Source: Hydrurus foetidus (taxonomy: Eukaryota). From it: a stretch of 38,179 bases of DNA. Made by a program: the position numbers and the translations under genes. The first letter of the stretch is position 1; the number at the start of each line of letters is the position of its first letter. Below, piece after piece: positions 22,820 through 35,072 of this stretch. Where the stretch lies: positions 1-38,179 of the forward strand of contig UYFQ01000589.1 of the NCBI GenBank assembly GCA_900617105.1. Direction: 5' to 3'. The notes beneath the pieces were generated by a model. The model did no database searches, had not been told where the DNA came from, and saw nothing but the letters and a program-made list of their open reading frames with translations.

Positions 22820-24394
22820 ATGTCCTACTATTTTTTTGATTTTGTAAATATTTTTCAGATTAGAATAAATTTGAGTTGAAAATATAATACTTAATATAAA
22901 ATGAAATAGAATGTTTGGCATGGCATGCTGAGAACAAATGTAGATACAGTGTGTCATTTAGATAAGATTTGTGTTACGTATTACGCCTTTACTATCGTAT
23001 ATTCGTATAGCCGTATTGTTGGAGCAAATTCATATTCAGTTGTAAATAATGGAATTTTATATGAGGCTCATTCTTGTTTTCACTGAAATTGAAATATCGT
23101 GAAAGCATTCAGTGAAATTTAAAGGAATTGTTAGTCAGCAAAAAATTCAGCATTTGAATCAGCTTTATACGAGCATCAGATCACTGAGAAAATATATCGG
23201 ATCAGGTCAAGCTGTACAGCAATTTTGACTGCATTTTGAACGTACTTGTACGCGCAAATACCTTGTTGTTGCGTACAGCACTATCATCTTTCCTCATCTC
23301 AACTCGAACTCTATCATGACATATGCCGTGCATTCTTTTGCCCTCCTGTTGTAATACACTCTTATGTAGAATCTTCTTGAGATGAGCGAAGAATGTTCTT
23401 TCAGCTGCACTAGAAGCTGGATCAGAGGGAGACACACGGTATATATTAGCAGTTTGCGGCTCCAAAGATAACTTATCGGAACATCTAAACGTTGTCATTG
23501 GTGCTGCAATCGTTGCTCCATTATCGTTGTTTACTATTCAGAACTGTAAAGTAGTGTTTGATCGGATCTTTTTCTGATTAATGAAATCGGAGACAGAGAA
23601 TCTTGCTGAGAATTATTAAAAAAACTTTTTTACATATGCTTTTCTTATCGTAATGGCAGACGAACGGTACGGTCTAATTCGGTAAATCAATAAACCAGAC
23701 AAACAATTCATTACAATAACGAAACATACAGAGCAAATAAAGCAAAGAAATGAAGCGTCGCTTAGTTTGTCTCTATCCACAGATATACAACAGACTGTAC
23801 AAAATTCAAAAGTCGAGCGTACTGTGGTGTGTGCGATATACAGTACAGTACGTTACGTGACGTACGGACACAAAGGCGGGACGGGATCGGGTCATTCGGG
23901 AGCCCTGTATTTTATTTTATTTTTCTTTCCCTTCTATTATTTCAGATTTTTTATTTTCCTTTACATCACACTCAGTTGTTCTAAATGGAATGGGAGATGT
24001 CCTTCAAGGTAGCCTGGAGAATCTAAAATCAGAAAAAAATCGTTTTGCTTCTGGTCAAAATTTGCTCTGATTTCATCTTGCTGGCTCCCAATGATCCATA
24101 TCTGCACTGATAGTAATCGTATTTCGGCAACATTCAGTCATTTCTTGTCCCAATCCCATCACATCTGATTTTCTTGACTTTCTTCTCCGTATAAAAATCC
24201 TTTGAAATGCAGGCAACGTAATATAAATATGAACACCGTTTTCGTACATGACTAATATTACTTCATTACTATCATTCCTGTATCATCGTATTATGTATCT
24301 ATTAAGCAATTGTTACTTGTTATCAAAGTGAGTGTTGTTGTCACTCTCTATTTCTCTCCCTCCCTCTGTAGCATTCACACACACTCCACGAAGA

Positions 24395-27300
24395 CTAATG
24401 AATGGTTCCGGAACGACTCATCACTCCCCTTCTCATTCTCAGAGGTCCCTCTACCTGCACTTGTGCGGAAAATGAGAGTCGAGTCTGTGCATCAATCGTC
24501 ACGGCTGATGGATTAGAGGAAGAGGAGGATGTTGTGTGCTGTGTCGACTCCGAGAGAGAGTGTGGGTGAGGGTTTTGAGGGGGGTGGAGAGCGCGATCAG
24601 AATGGGTTGATGAGGTAGTGATGGGTGAGATAGGGGAAGGGGAGGTAAGGGAATTTAGTGGCGATGAAGGCAGAGAAGAAGAGGAGGAGGGAGAAGGAGA
24701 AACAGGGGGACGATAGCGAGAACTGCCGACAATGTTGGTCCGAATATCATGATACCCCGATCCCCCTCTGAACAGATCGTTGAACCAGCTGGCATTGCTC
24801 CGTCTGTCAAATACGCGTGTGCTGTTCCCTCTGCCTGCACTACCTCTCGCGCTACCTTGCTCATTCTCATTCTTCACAATTAGTGCTCCTGTGCAAGTAC
24901 TAATGTCACACCGACACATGGGACATTTAAATATTGCGTTGTTGTTGTGTGCTGTGGGAAACGGAATCACAGACGGATATTCAGATGAAAACATTCTGCT
25001 CAGAACAAAATTCAATCGACCAAAAAAGGATTGGTGATTTATTGCTGTGTTAGCCCTTTGGGGATGATTTGGGGGAAGGAGAAAGGGCCGTCCTGACCCC
25101 ATAATATACCGGGGAAGCGGGAATGAGAAGGGAACTTCACCGCTGGCTCCTGTAAAGAAGATGAAATATATCGCACGATAATGTTGCACGATATTAGAGA
25201 CACATCATTGATCCTGTTACGTGTGATTCCCCTTTATAATCCGATTCAATCAGTATACAAGTTTAAAACTTGCGATCAATTTCTCAGCAGAAATTCAAAT
25301 AATAGAACGAAAATCAGTGTTGTATCGTATGCAATGATCAATTCATAAAAAAATTCTCCAATAAGACATACCTATATTTGTGTGACCTTCCGCTCTACCT
25401 CTTTCTCGACCTCGTACTTCTCCCGTTGACTCGACACTTGTTTTCACAACTGCACAATAAAATAGATAAATTATCAAAAACTATCGCACAATTCGATGAA
25501 GGACAGTTAGTTTCCATCGAGTGTGAATGGCACGAGGGGAAGAAAAAATGAGAAAAGGAAAAAATAATAGAAGAAGTCGAAGAAGATGAAAAATAAGAAT
25601 CGAAGTGGAAGATGAAAAGAGCAAGGCCTGAAGATGAATTGAAGGAAAGGGAGAAGGCAGACCACTCAGTCATCATGTCAATGACGTACCAAGAACTTTC
25701 AAGCATTGAGAGTGAATGGCGTGACCGCAAGGCAGCATTTTACACGGTTTGCAAAGAAGATTGTCCAGGCAAATAGAACACACTTCCTCTCCATCTTCTT
25801 TTGTCTTCTCATCTTCTCGTCTACAGGAATAAGAGAGGGAGGGGGGGAAATAGTTAGTGAGTAAAGTAGGTGGGAGAGGAAGAAAAGAAGGGAGAAAGGA
25901 ATGAGTGAATGAGTGAATGAGTCAGTGAATGAGTGAGTGAGTAAAGGGGGGAGGTAGTTCGGTAGGAAATGAAGGAGGGAGTGAGGGAGGGAAAGGGGAG
26001 GGAACGATGTGATTCGATAGCTAGTGTCACGCTAGTCAGAAGTAGAGCGTGCAATAGTGAAATGATGAGATGAGATGTGCTACGCTTACTAGCAGTGTAA
26101 CAGTGCAATGCAATTTCAGAAATGTGTCGGCAGTGAAAACTGCATTTGTGACACTGAAAAAGTTTTCCATCTAAAATATAAATTTCACTATTTCTTAAGT
26201 ACTAAAATCCAATCAAGACACATGACATGCACATGTCCAAATTAAATTACGATTCAAGTTATCTCTCAGATGTGTAAAATAACATTTAAAATTTTTATCA
26301 GTGGGTTGGCTAACCTTTTCAATTTTTGTTGTTCTTCTTCGGTAATATTATCGAGCTCTTTTTCCGTTTCTTTCCCTTGAGCTTTTTCTGGTGATGACGT
26401 CATCAAAATTTCTGAAATACCATCTAAATTTGAGCCTAATTTGCTTTCTTTTTTCGTTTTGAAAAACCGTGAAATGTTAAAACTTGGTACAATTCCGTTA
26501 AAAATTCGATTTGTTACACCGATGAAAGATGATCGATAAATAATTTCTTCTTTTCTTTTTCTTTCGATATTTGCTTCTTTTATTGCTTTTGCACGTGTGA
26601 TATCCCGTAGTGCGATATTGTAATCCGGAAACACTCTGTCAATATTACTTTTTGCCATTTGGCTAACGAGCAACGTATGTAATTTCTGCAGCAGAAAATT
26701 ACCTGCGGTTAAACAACAATTGTGCATCAGGCCTTTTGTGTACACTTAAGGTATTGGTACAACATTTATATCAAATCTGTATGATATTGGTGTTTCTAGT
26801 ACCTGTCTTACACAGCGCGTCTCATTTAAATTTTGTTAGCAGTCGAATATTAAATAACATTCAAGATGACTGTCACTATATTCATGGGTCTAAACATTGC
26901 AGTACGTCTAAATAAATGCTGATGTTGATCTTGGCACTTGCACTGATAACGCTATCAGTCAAATTTATTCTAATAACATCAAACAAAATGTGCAATAAAA
27001 TAAGACTACTCTAATACCAGTAATAATGTAACATTGATATGATTGCGCACAAAGTCACTGATATCATCATAATAATCATCCTCCATCTTGTGACACAAAT
27101 TGATATCAACATGGTCGATTGCATTTAAAATTCGAACGAATAACACATTCACTAAGAGTCCAATGAAGTTACTTCACCAAATTAAAAACAGCCATCACGC
27201 GTAATTTGAAAAGAAGAAATTGCATGATAGTAAAGAATAAAAACGCATATACAACTTGAATAAGAAATGTCTGAGTAGCAGTACGTGCATAATTCACATG

Positions 27301-28402
27301 TACATTTCTTACATGTTGTCCATATGTTCAGAAAAAGGAAAATATCGACCAGCGAAAGGGAAAGTCCATTTATTGTACACACGTGACAGTAGTGCACCAA
27401 GCTGATTGACAATATCACGATGTCAGAATACAATTCAACTGTTGTTTGAAATTCAACGAAATCTGTTTTTTTCGCCCACAATTTCCACTCCTCGAAACAT
27501 TTGGGAGTGTAGCGAGTTGTCAACGAAGATATGAATAAAATTGCCCTTTTTGAAGATAATACGGACAAAACTATTCTCTTCAAAGATTTGTGATTTTCTG
27601 TGTTTGCTGTGGAATTAAAAGCGGAATCTCTTGATCCAAAATCTGCTGACAATGCACTAGTTGAAGTTGAAGTTGAAGTTGGGGGATTTGATTCAATTTC
27701 AGTTCCTGCTTCAGTATGAGCTTTCAGAATGCAAGTCGTATATAGACTTGTGCTCTGAACAAGCTCTACAAACAAAGTCACCAGATCGAATAGAACGAGC
27801 ATTGAGAGTCCTACATGCCCAGTTGTTCTTAGAAGAACTTTCCAATAATATAGTCCAGTTGTGACGAAGAAGAATCCAAACACTAAGTGGAAGAAAGGTC
27901 TGATATAAGAAGATGCCGTTGCTGTATTTGAGTCGACAATGACAATAAGTCGTAGCTGACCATAGTGTAGTATGGCTTTCATTGATGCCAACACCGCATA
28001 CCATGCGTACCAAACAAAAAAGTCGAAAATGTCGGGCTCAATGACCATTCCAACAAGCACAATCTTGAATGAGAAGAAATTGAACAGCTTCTCGACTATT
28101 ACGGTATGTTCTGGCATGGTTGGATGCTTCCCGAAGAAGATGATATTCAGCAAGTAGTAAACGCATAGGAATACTGATAGGAGAAAGTTGAACGACACTA
28201 TTCCTATCACTATAGGATACGATGTGTTTTGGAACATTGCAGCCAAGTTTGGTTTGTTGTGCGTCATTCTGATTGAAAATAGCGTCACCCAGAACGTTAC
28301 AAAGCTGAATACTAGATATTGAAGTGGACGTCCCAGAATGTGCATTACGGGCGAGTAAGATGGTGATGGAGGTTGACGCATCGGTAGAGTAGGAGGCGGC
28401 AT
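24395..28402 (-). CDS. multi-pass membrane RING-H2 E3 ubiquitin ligase (HRD1/AMFR/RIN2-like); 3' end uncertain
   Basis: Exons 28402-27313, 26702-26315, 25820-25690, 25149-about 24455/24395 join in phase. N-terminal TM bundle, IDRVFPD, then CSIC...LPCGHAIHSQC...CPMCR. Confidence 0.85.
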
Positions 28403-28819
28403 AACTGCGTCGCTGCTCACAGAATCCAATGTCACACGGCTCTATTCAAGTCACGTTGTGATGTTAATGGATTTTGAAGGATAAGACGAATACGATCAGT
28501 CGAGAAAATTCTGATCTTACTTCAGACAACGATGCTTCTCCGATATGGTGACTTCGTAAACAATTCTTCTAGCTCCATTTGTAATGAATTGCCACTGAAC
28601 AGCCACTGAGGCTCATTGATCATTCTTGAGTCTTGAATCGGAATTAAGGAGTCTCATAAATAGAGTGAGGCTGTGGAAGACAAAAGTCAATTCTTCAAAA
28701 TGCTTTCAGAAACGTCGAAGATCGAAGAACGACATGATGTGTCGGGGTCCGGCCCGGATTCGATCTGTCTGGGGGAAGTACGTACATAAATCATAAATCA
28801 AGTAGTACAGGCTGGTGCC

Positions 28820-29861
28820 AAGGGGGTATAAAAGGAGAGGGGGCGGTTTCGAGACCCATCCCCACTCAAATTTTTCTCACCAATCCTACACTCAACTCTG
28901 AACTACCCGAGTGCAGTCAACATCATGAATGCTGAATTCAACCTCCTCTTTGGCAGCATGTAGCAAGCCCAGAAACTGCAGCGCGTCATCGTCCGTCGGC
29001 CGCGATAGTGTGTTATAATTTTCCACTCCATCAGTTCAACGAATTTTGTCTGCGACGGATGTCGCCATTTGGTTCTTCCCCATCATGGTAAGCTTCTCTT
29101 GATGAAGTCAAAATTCGAATACTGATCGTCACCTTGGCAGATTCAGGGAAAAGCTCAACTCATCCACAACAAAGCTATTCCCTGAATTTGCCAAGGCACA
29201 GTTCAATATTCATGAAGTTATCGATTTCGAAAAATTTGCCGTCTACTTTCACCTAATTTTCTCTACATTGCTGTAACAAATTCTACAGGCGAACAGTTTA
29301 AAATGTACTGGGACGACGATATCATGTCCGAGAAGATGTTTATCGTGGCTGAAGGTAGTGATCCTCTGCTCGACTGCCGTTGAACTGTTTTTCGAGCATT
29401 GTTTGGCGAGGAATTGATCTCATGGTATTCAACTCTTCTAACTCTTCTATACTTCGATCAGGACTAACAGGACATCTGGATAGCTCTCTAAAGGCTTGAC
29501 GTATTGCGAAGTTTAGGATCTGCTGCAGGATCTGATCGCTCCTGCAATTGGCAGTCTCGGTTGTGCAGCCACAAAATAAGGCTGATTTTTATAGAATAGA
29601 TAGACATTTTAAAGTTACAACGTGTTTCATGTGCTGTAAGTAATAAAACATTGAGCCCTCGTTAGTTTTGAGTTACTCAGGATTGGAATTGCTCGCAGTT
29701 GCTTCCACAGGCTGAAATCTCTTTGACTAAGCTGTACTTCGCACTGCACCATACTATGACCGCGGGTAGTTCAGAATTTTGAAAATTAGGTGAGGGGTTG
29801 GTGAGAAAAATTTGAGTGGGGATGGGTCTCGAAACCGCCCCCTCTCCTTTTATACCCCCTT
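28820..29861. mobile_element. non-autonomous TIR element (1042 bp), Mutator-like by TSD length
   Basis: Perfect 64-bp TIRs (28820-28883, 29798-29861) starting AAGGGGGTATAAAAGG. Exact flanking duplication GCTGGTGCC (28811-28819, 29862-29870). Confidence 0.93.
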
Positions 29862-30241
29862 GCTGGTGCCGCCAAGAAGTGGTAAAATAATTTAGAAAAT
29901 GAAAATTTAAAGGATAGCGGACGGTAGTATGGGTTCTCTGGAGCGGCTAGGAGCTGAGGCCGCTGACCGGTGCCGGTCCCTAAAGGGGCGGCTGCGGATG
30001 GGGAGATACCGAGGGACGGGACGGGGGACGATGACGATGATAGCGTTGGACCGACATGCAGCGGGAATAAGTCCCCCTAGTCGTTGTAGTGTCATTCTAC
30101 GTTTTCGAATAATTATTCAGCACTTTTTCGAATTATTAATTTAGTGCGCCCGCTCGTAGTCGACACGCTTCATTGAGAGTGTCCTCTCACAATCTTTTGA
30201 TTAACCTTAGTCTATATAGTGTGACGCATTTTATTTACACA

Positions 30242-31852
30242 ATGTCAGCTACCGCCTCCCCTGCCGCAGTCGGTGGCGTGATGATCCCAGCGTACCCGCT
30301 GGCTACCGGTGCAATGATGCACGCATTGGAGAATGCGGCGTCAATCGTGGCAGGCCACACTGACGACGAAGGCGAGTATTACGCCATGCAGATGGCCGCA
30401 TCGGTCCGGCTGCAGATGTTCCGGCTAACTCAGTTGTGGTAATCCCTCTGGACAAACCGCGGGAGGACCAGGCGCTGAACTTTACTTTTCTCGCATCGTG
30501 CAAGTCGATGTTCTTTCAGGTTCATGAGAAACCGCATGCCCGGATGACATACGGTCACTGCTCTAACTTTTCGGCGGGTACCGTGGATCGGAGCTCTAGT
30601 GAGGTTCCCGTCACTGAGCCACTACTTGGTGGCTCAACCGCGTCTGGTGCAAGCCTTGAGGGTGTCGTTAGAGCCTGCGGGTGGAAGTGCGGTGGGGGCG
30701 GAATCGGTGAAGCGCCCCTGCCTTCGCCCACTGGAGGGGGGGGGGTGAGCAGGGCGAAGACGCGACCGGAAAAACAAAAGGTATGTCCGTCGTAGATTTA
30801 GATGAAGTCGAGCATCCGACACGAAACAAGGCTGACCTGATCCAACGAGAAAGGGATGTGGGGTGCACCTATCGCATGATGGATGCGGCGAAGCATTACT
30901 ACAGCATTCGGTCCGACGTCACGTTACAACCGGACTACTATCGAGGGATGCTGTACGAGCAGGGGGACACGCAAGCCATCGACAGACATGTCGCATTTAT
31001 CTCGTGCGGCCTTATGAACCGTATCGAAAAACTACCGGTTCTCGGTGAGAACGGTAAACTCAAACTGCTACTTGTCGGGTCAATCCTCACCGACAATGGA
31101 GAGCCCACGCTGCTTTTGGAGGATTTTATCTCGGAGGAAAAAATCTCGAGCAAGCCGTCACCTTGCTGATCCAACAACGCGGGCCTGGTGACGGCTCTAA
31201 AGAATCTCCAAATGGTTCTACAAGTTTGTTTCTCGGACGTGTTTGGGACGGCTCTGGATGACTTCATAGATAAGCTGGAGGGGGTTTCCAGGCCTATGGA
31301 GTTAGTACCATCCGACTTCTTGAAGTATTCCGTGGAGTTGAGCCTCAAGCGATTCTTTCGCGAGGTGTCAACGGTAAGGGGCCCAGCCTTGCTAGGTGGC
31401 CTCTCGCTAAAGACCCCTGAGCTCTGCGCGTCGTATCTCACGGCGATCTTTGGTAAGACGGCAGCGGATCTTGCAAACCATTCTTTGATGGTAATGAGGA
31501 AGCTTATTTCCGCTTGCGGGTTGTCCGGCCTTTAGTTTCTTTCTCAGTGGAGAAGACGCCTACCAAGAAGGAGGCGATCGTCTGCAAGGCGGAGAAGCCG
31601 GTCGCATCAACCGTGACTCCGCTGGATGATAAGAAAGAGGTGAGCTCAAGACCGTGCGTCGGCCATCTAGGCCACCTGTTGGGAGCGGTGAATAAGGACG
31701 GCCGTCCGTATGCGTGCAAGTTCGGGAAGGACTGTGCATTTCGCCACATGTCAGTGGAGGACAAATCGAAGCAACGTTTGCTCGATATTGTCGGCTCCCT
31801 GACCGCCATTCCGCGAGCGGATTTGACCAGAGCCGTCGTCAAGCGCTCTTGA
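30242..31852 (+). pseudogene. ORF1 (gag-like) of the YR retrotransposon, broken by frameshifts and a TGA
   Basis: Consecutive fragments in different frames. C-terminal C...CKFGKDCAFRH CCCH-type finger. Confidence 0.7.
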
Positions 31853-32432
31853 CTTCTGGAAGCGGTGCCGCCTATCAACACAGGTTTGTTTTGATTGCTG
31901 CAGCTGTTTTACTCGGGTCGATCTATTGATCGACAGCTTGTCATGCGCTCATCTGTCTGCGTGTTGACAATGAGTACTCACGACAGTGCTGTGTCAGCGG
32001 CCTCCCCTTACTGTTATGGGGGCCGCTGCCGAGAAGTAGGCAGTGGAACTGGTTGTTGCCTGCCCCGTGTTAACACTGACGCATGCGGTCGTGTATTTAC
32101 GATCTGCGAAAACGGGGATCCAGAGGTGTCTGGACCTTCCGCATGCGGAATGAATGATGCATATCGTCGCATGATACCCGTGTTCTGGGCTGTGTTTATC
32201 ATGCGACCGTAGCATCGGGCATCAGCAGACGCACCTGAGTGCCCTGCGATGCCTGTAGTTTTATCCGCAGTACATGGATACTCACCTATCCACCTCATTC
32301 TTCTACGTAGTCGTGAAGAGAGGCAGAGTAAGGCACCGAGTCCGGCCCAGCGCGAGTCGAGACCAGAAGTTACATGCGGCGTAGAGAGAGCAACGGGGTC
32401 GCTCTCAGCGAATCGGCTCCTGCGATCGGTGC

Positions 32433-34524
32433 GTGGATCAGAGCGTGTTTCCCCAGTGGCGCCCCCACGAGCAAAGCGGGATCGAGGAGTTGATAGCGGA
32501 GGCGGTGGAGGCCGCGCGAAACGATTTCGGCGTTCAGGCAGCGAACGAGTGGGCGAACGGTTATGCGTTCCCATCTGAGATTCGTGGACAGCGACGTCCG
32601 TTGTCTGCGGGCCGCTCAATTGGACTTCCGGAGCATGGTGCGAACGGCGGCTGAAGATCCTATCGAAAGACCGTCTGAGTCGCACCAGCGTGGCATTTCT
32701 CAGCCCGGACAACCCCGAGCTGGTACTGATGGCTGATCTAGCTGAAGGGATGAGGGTAGCGATACCCGAGGGCTTCATCCCCAACGGGCACCAACCTCGC
32801 TCACCGCTGCGTGCGTCTTATGAGGCAGTGTCGAGGGCCGTCAACAAGATGTTAGGCGCAATAATTGAGCAGCGGCTAGCCTTTATTTTGCCTTTGGATT
32901 TAGCTCAAGCGTATATTCCGAACCTCCACCTGTGCAAAGCGCACTGGACGACCAAGAAAGGCAAGGCCTCAGGACGTCCCCTGGGGGACTTGAGCAATGT
33001 GGACGGGACCCCGCTTAACACGGACGCCACAGCCGACGCCGCCACTGCTTATTACGGCCCTATCACCCACCCTACGATAGAAGACATAGCCGTGATGGTC
33101 GACCAGTTTTGGGAGGAAGCATCGGCACGCGACCCCACACTCCGGCAAAAGGACCTCCGACTGTGGAAGATGGACCTCAAGGGGGCGTACACGCTCCTCT
33201 CCTTCAGAGCAGAGCATGTGGGCTTTTTGGAATGCTGCTCACGGGCGACCTCGTCTACCTCCAGATCGCCGGCATCTTCGGTTGGGCCGGTACGCCCGCA
33301 GCCTTCCAGGTGGTCACGCGAGCGATCGCATGGGAGCTCCGATCACGCCTTCAGAGCCGCACAGTGATGTATGTGGACGACATCATCGGGGTCGGATTTG
33401 AGAAGGACATCGCCGCCGACCTCGCGCTGACGAGAAATATATGCACTACCCTACTCGGATCCGGCGCAGTCGCGGATGACAAGACCGAAGTCAGCCGGCG
33501 CCTAGATGTTATAGGCTATGTCATAGACTTAGATACCGGTAGAGTGCTGATAAGTAAGAAGAATTTCTTAACAGCACTCAACGGTTTTCTTAGCGCGGAC
33601 ACCACAGCACGGATTAATTTAAGGACTGCCCAACGCCTCGCATCATGGAGCACGCGGTACGGCAAGATATGCCGGGTGATGCGCCCCTTCTGCAGCGCCC
33701 TCTATCGATTGACTTGGGGTCGCACGGACCCTCACGCGCTGTTCAACCTGTCCGCAGAGGCGGTCGTGGCCATCCAGTGTTGGCGGGCCATGCTGTGCCT
33801 GGTCCGGCACAGAGAAACCGAGTTCACCCGCACCATCGCATCGTTCGCGCCAGAGACACCGACGATAGTGGCTGAGTTCGACTCATCGCTGAGTGGAGCC
33901 GGCCTCATTTGGTACGCAGAGATAGCGGCGCAGAGGTGGCAGTGGGTGTCGGCGCCGCTGACCTCCTTTTTCTCGGTTTCGGTGAAGACTCCTCGTTCCA
34001 GAACTTATCGGAGTTCCTTGGTGCAATTTTAGCCATACTAGGGCAGATCGCCCTAGGGTACGGGGGGAGGAGCGTGGCCCTTAGGGGCGACAGTGTCACA
34101 GCACTGACATGGGCCATAACGGAGAGGCCAAGAGGAGAGAGGGTGACAAAGGCCGCAATGGTTTTTTCACTACTTTGTATCGCAGCCGAGTGTGGATGTC
34201 AAAGAAGTCACGCACATCGCTGGTACGGAGAACAAAAATTGCGACCGGCTTTCAAGAAGGGGCCGCGCTCCCACCATGTCAATCCTCGAGGAGGCGGAAG
34301 CGATGGGAGTGCGGGGAGTGGACGTCGTCGAGATTGACGGCGATGAGGATATCATAGACCTACTCAGGCTATGTGATCCAAGATGTGAACTGCACTCTGA
34401 GGAAGAGTTCATAAGCTTTTGGTCTGCAGCGAGGAACGCCATCGACTCCTTTCTTGAGGCGACACATACAGTCGCAGCGGTGAGCGTTTCAGGCTCGAGT
34501 AGCGTTGACTATTCCCTGCGGTGA
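32433..34524 (+). pseudogene. DIRS-type RT-RNase H with several frameshifts
   Basis: KKGKASGRPLGDLS, WKMDLKGAY, IFGWAGTPAAF, MYVDDII, FDSSLSGAG, NLSEFLG, RGDSVTAL, HIAGTENKNCDRLSR. Frame changes near 33220, 33915 and 34190. Confidence 0.9.
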
Positions 34525-34740
34525 TATCAACCGTCACCAGCGGTCAGCATCTCACCCCATCCGGAGTGGCCATCGACTGGCTCCTGAGTGACCCTCCCAC
34601 TGATCCAGAGTGCAAAGGAGCACCATCAGTCCAAGTCTAACCTGCACCCTACTGCCGTAGTGGATCTGTCAACCCCATTATCACCCCACCACGATTAGTC
34701 GGCGCTCGTAACCACTCCACCTTTCAATGTTGCTTGCACA

Positions 34741-34876
34741 GGAGTCGGGGGACTAGTGTCGGCCCAGAGTCGGCAGGAACTGGCCAGGTTCATTGGGAGG
34801 TCGGTGTTACCCAACACTAACCATGTATACGATAAGTGCTGGGAGTTGTGGACATCATTCCTCAAGAGCGAGGTGG
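34741..34876 (+). pseudogene. N-terminal fragment of the tyrosine recombinase (core-binding domain)
   Basis: RQELARFIGRSVLPNTNHVYDKCWELWTSFLK fits the S..P.T...Y...W..W..F pattern of DIRS YR N-termini and sits at the expected position. Catalytic residues are not in the window. Confidence 0.65.
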
Positions 34877-35072
34877 TGTAGCCGTCTGGGGACCTCGGGA
34901 CCTTGGACCCCATTCCGTCTGTTTGGGTTCATACCCAAACACACTGTAGACTTCTAGGTAGACTCCTAGCACCCTAGTAGGATGTTTCCCTGCTCATATA
35001 TAGTTCAACAACCCCTTTGTAAGCCTAACCCAACACCTCCTAGCCCTCTAGCCTAGTTCCTTCAGGGCCACA
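34877..35072 (+). repeat. putative 5' LTR (196 bp)
   Basis: TGTAGCC...GGCCACA near-perfect inverted termini, internal TATATA, size and CCACA end similar to LTR 4022-4230. No second copy in the window to confirm it. Confidence 0.7.

Larger units (their letters stand above)
29871..34876 (+). mobile_element. decayed tyrosine-recombinase retrotransposon (DIRS order, Ngaro-like); left boundary uncertain, right part displaced by the gypsy insertion
   Basis: GC-rich block with ORF1, RT, RNase H and the start of a recombinase-like ORF. No protease or DDE integrase motifs seen. Confidence 0.85.

Noticed and set aside
25900..25945. GAGT/GAAT tetranucleotide run and purine-rich tract
   Set aside because: Ordinary intronic microsatellite and minus-strand polypyrimidine tract of the E3 gene.
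30938..32784. Minus-strand ORFs of 167, 125 and 256 aa
   Set aside because: Antisense shadows of GC-rich retrotransposon coding sequence with no recognisable motifs.
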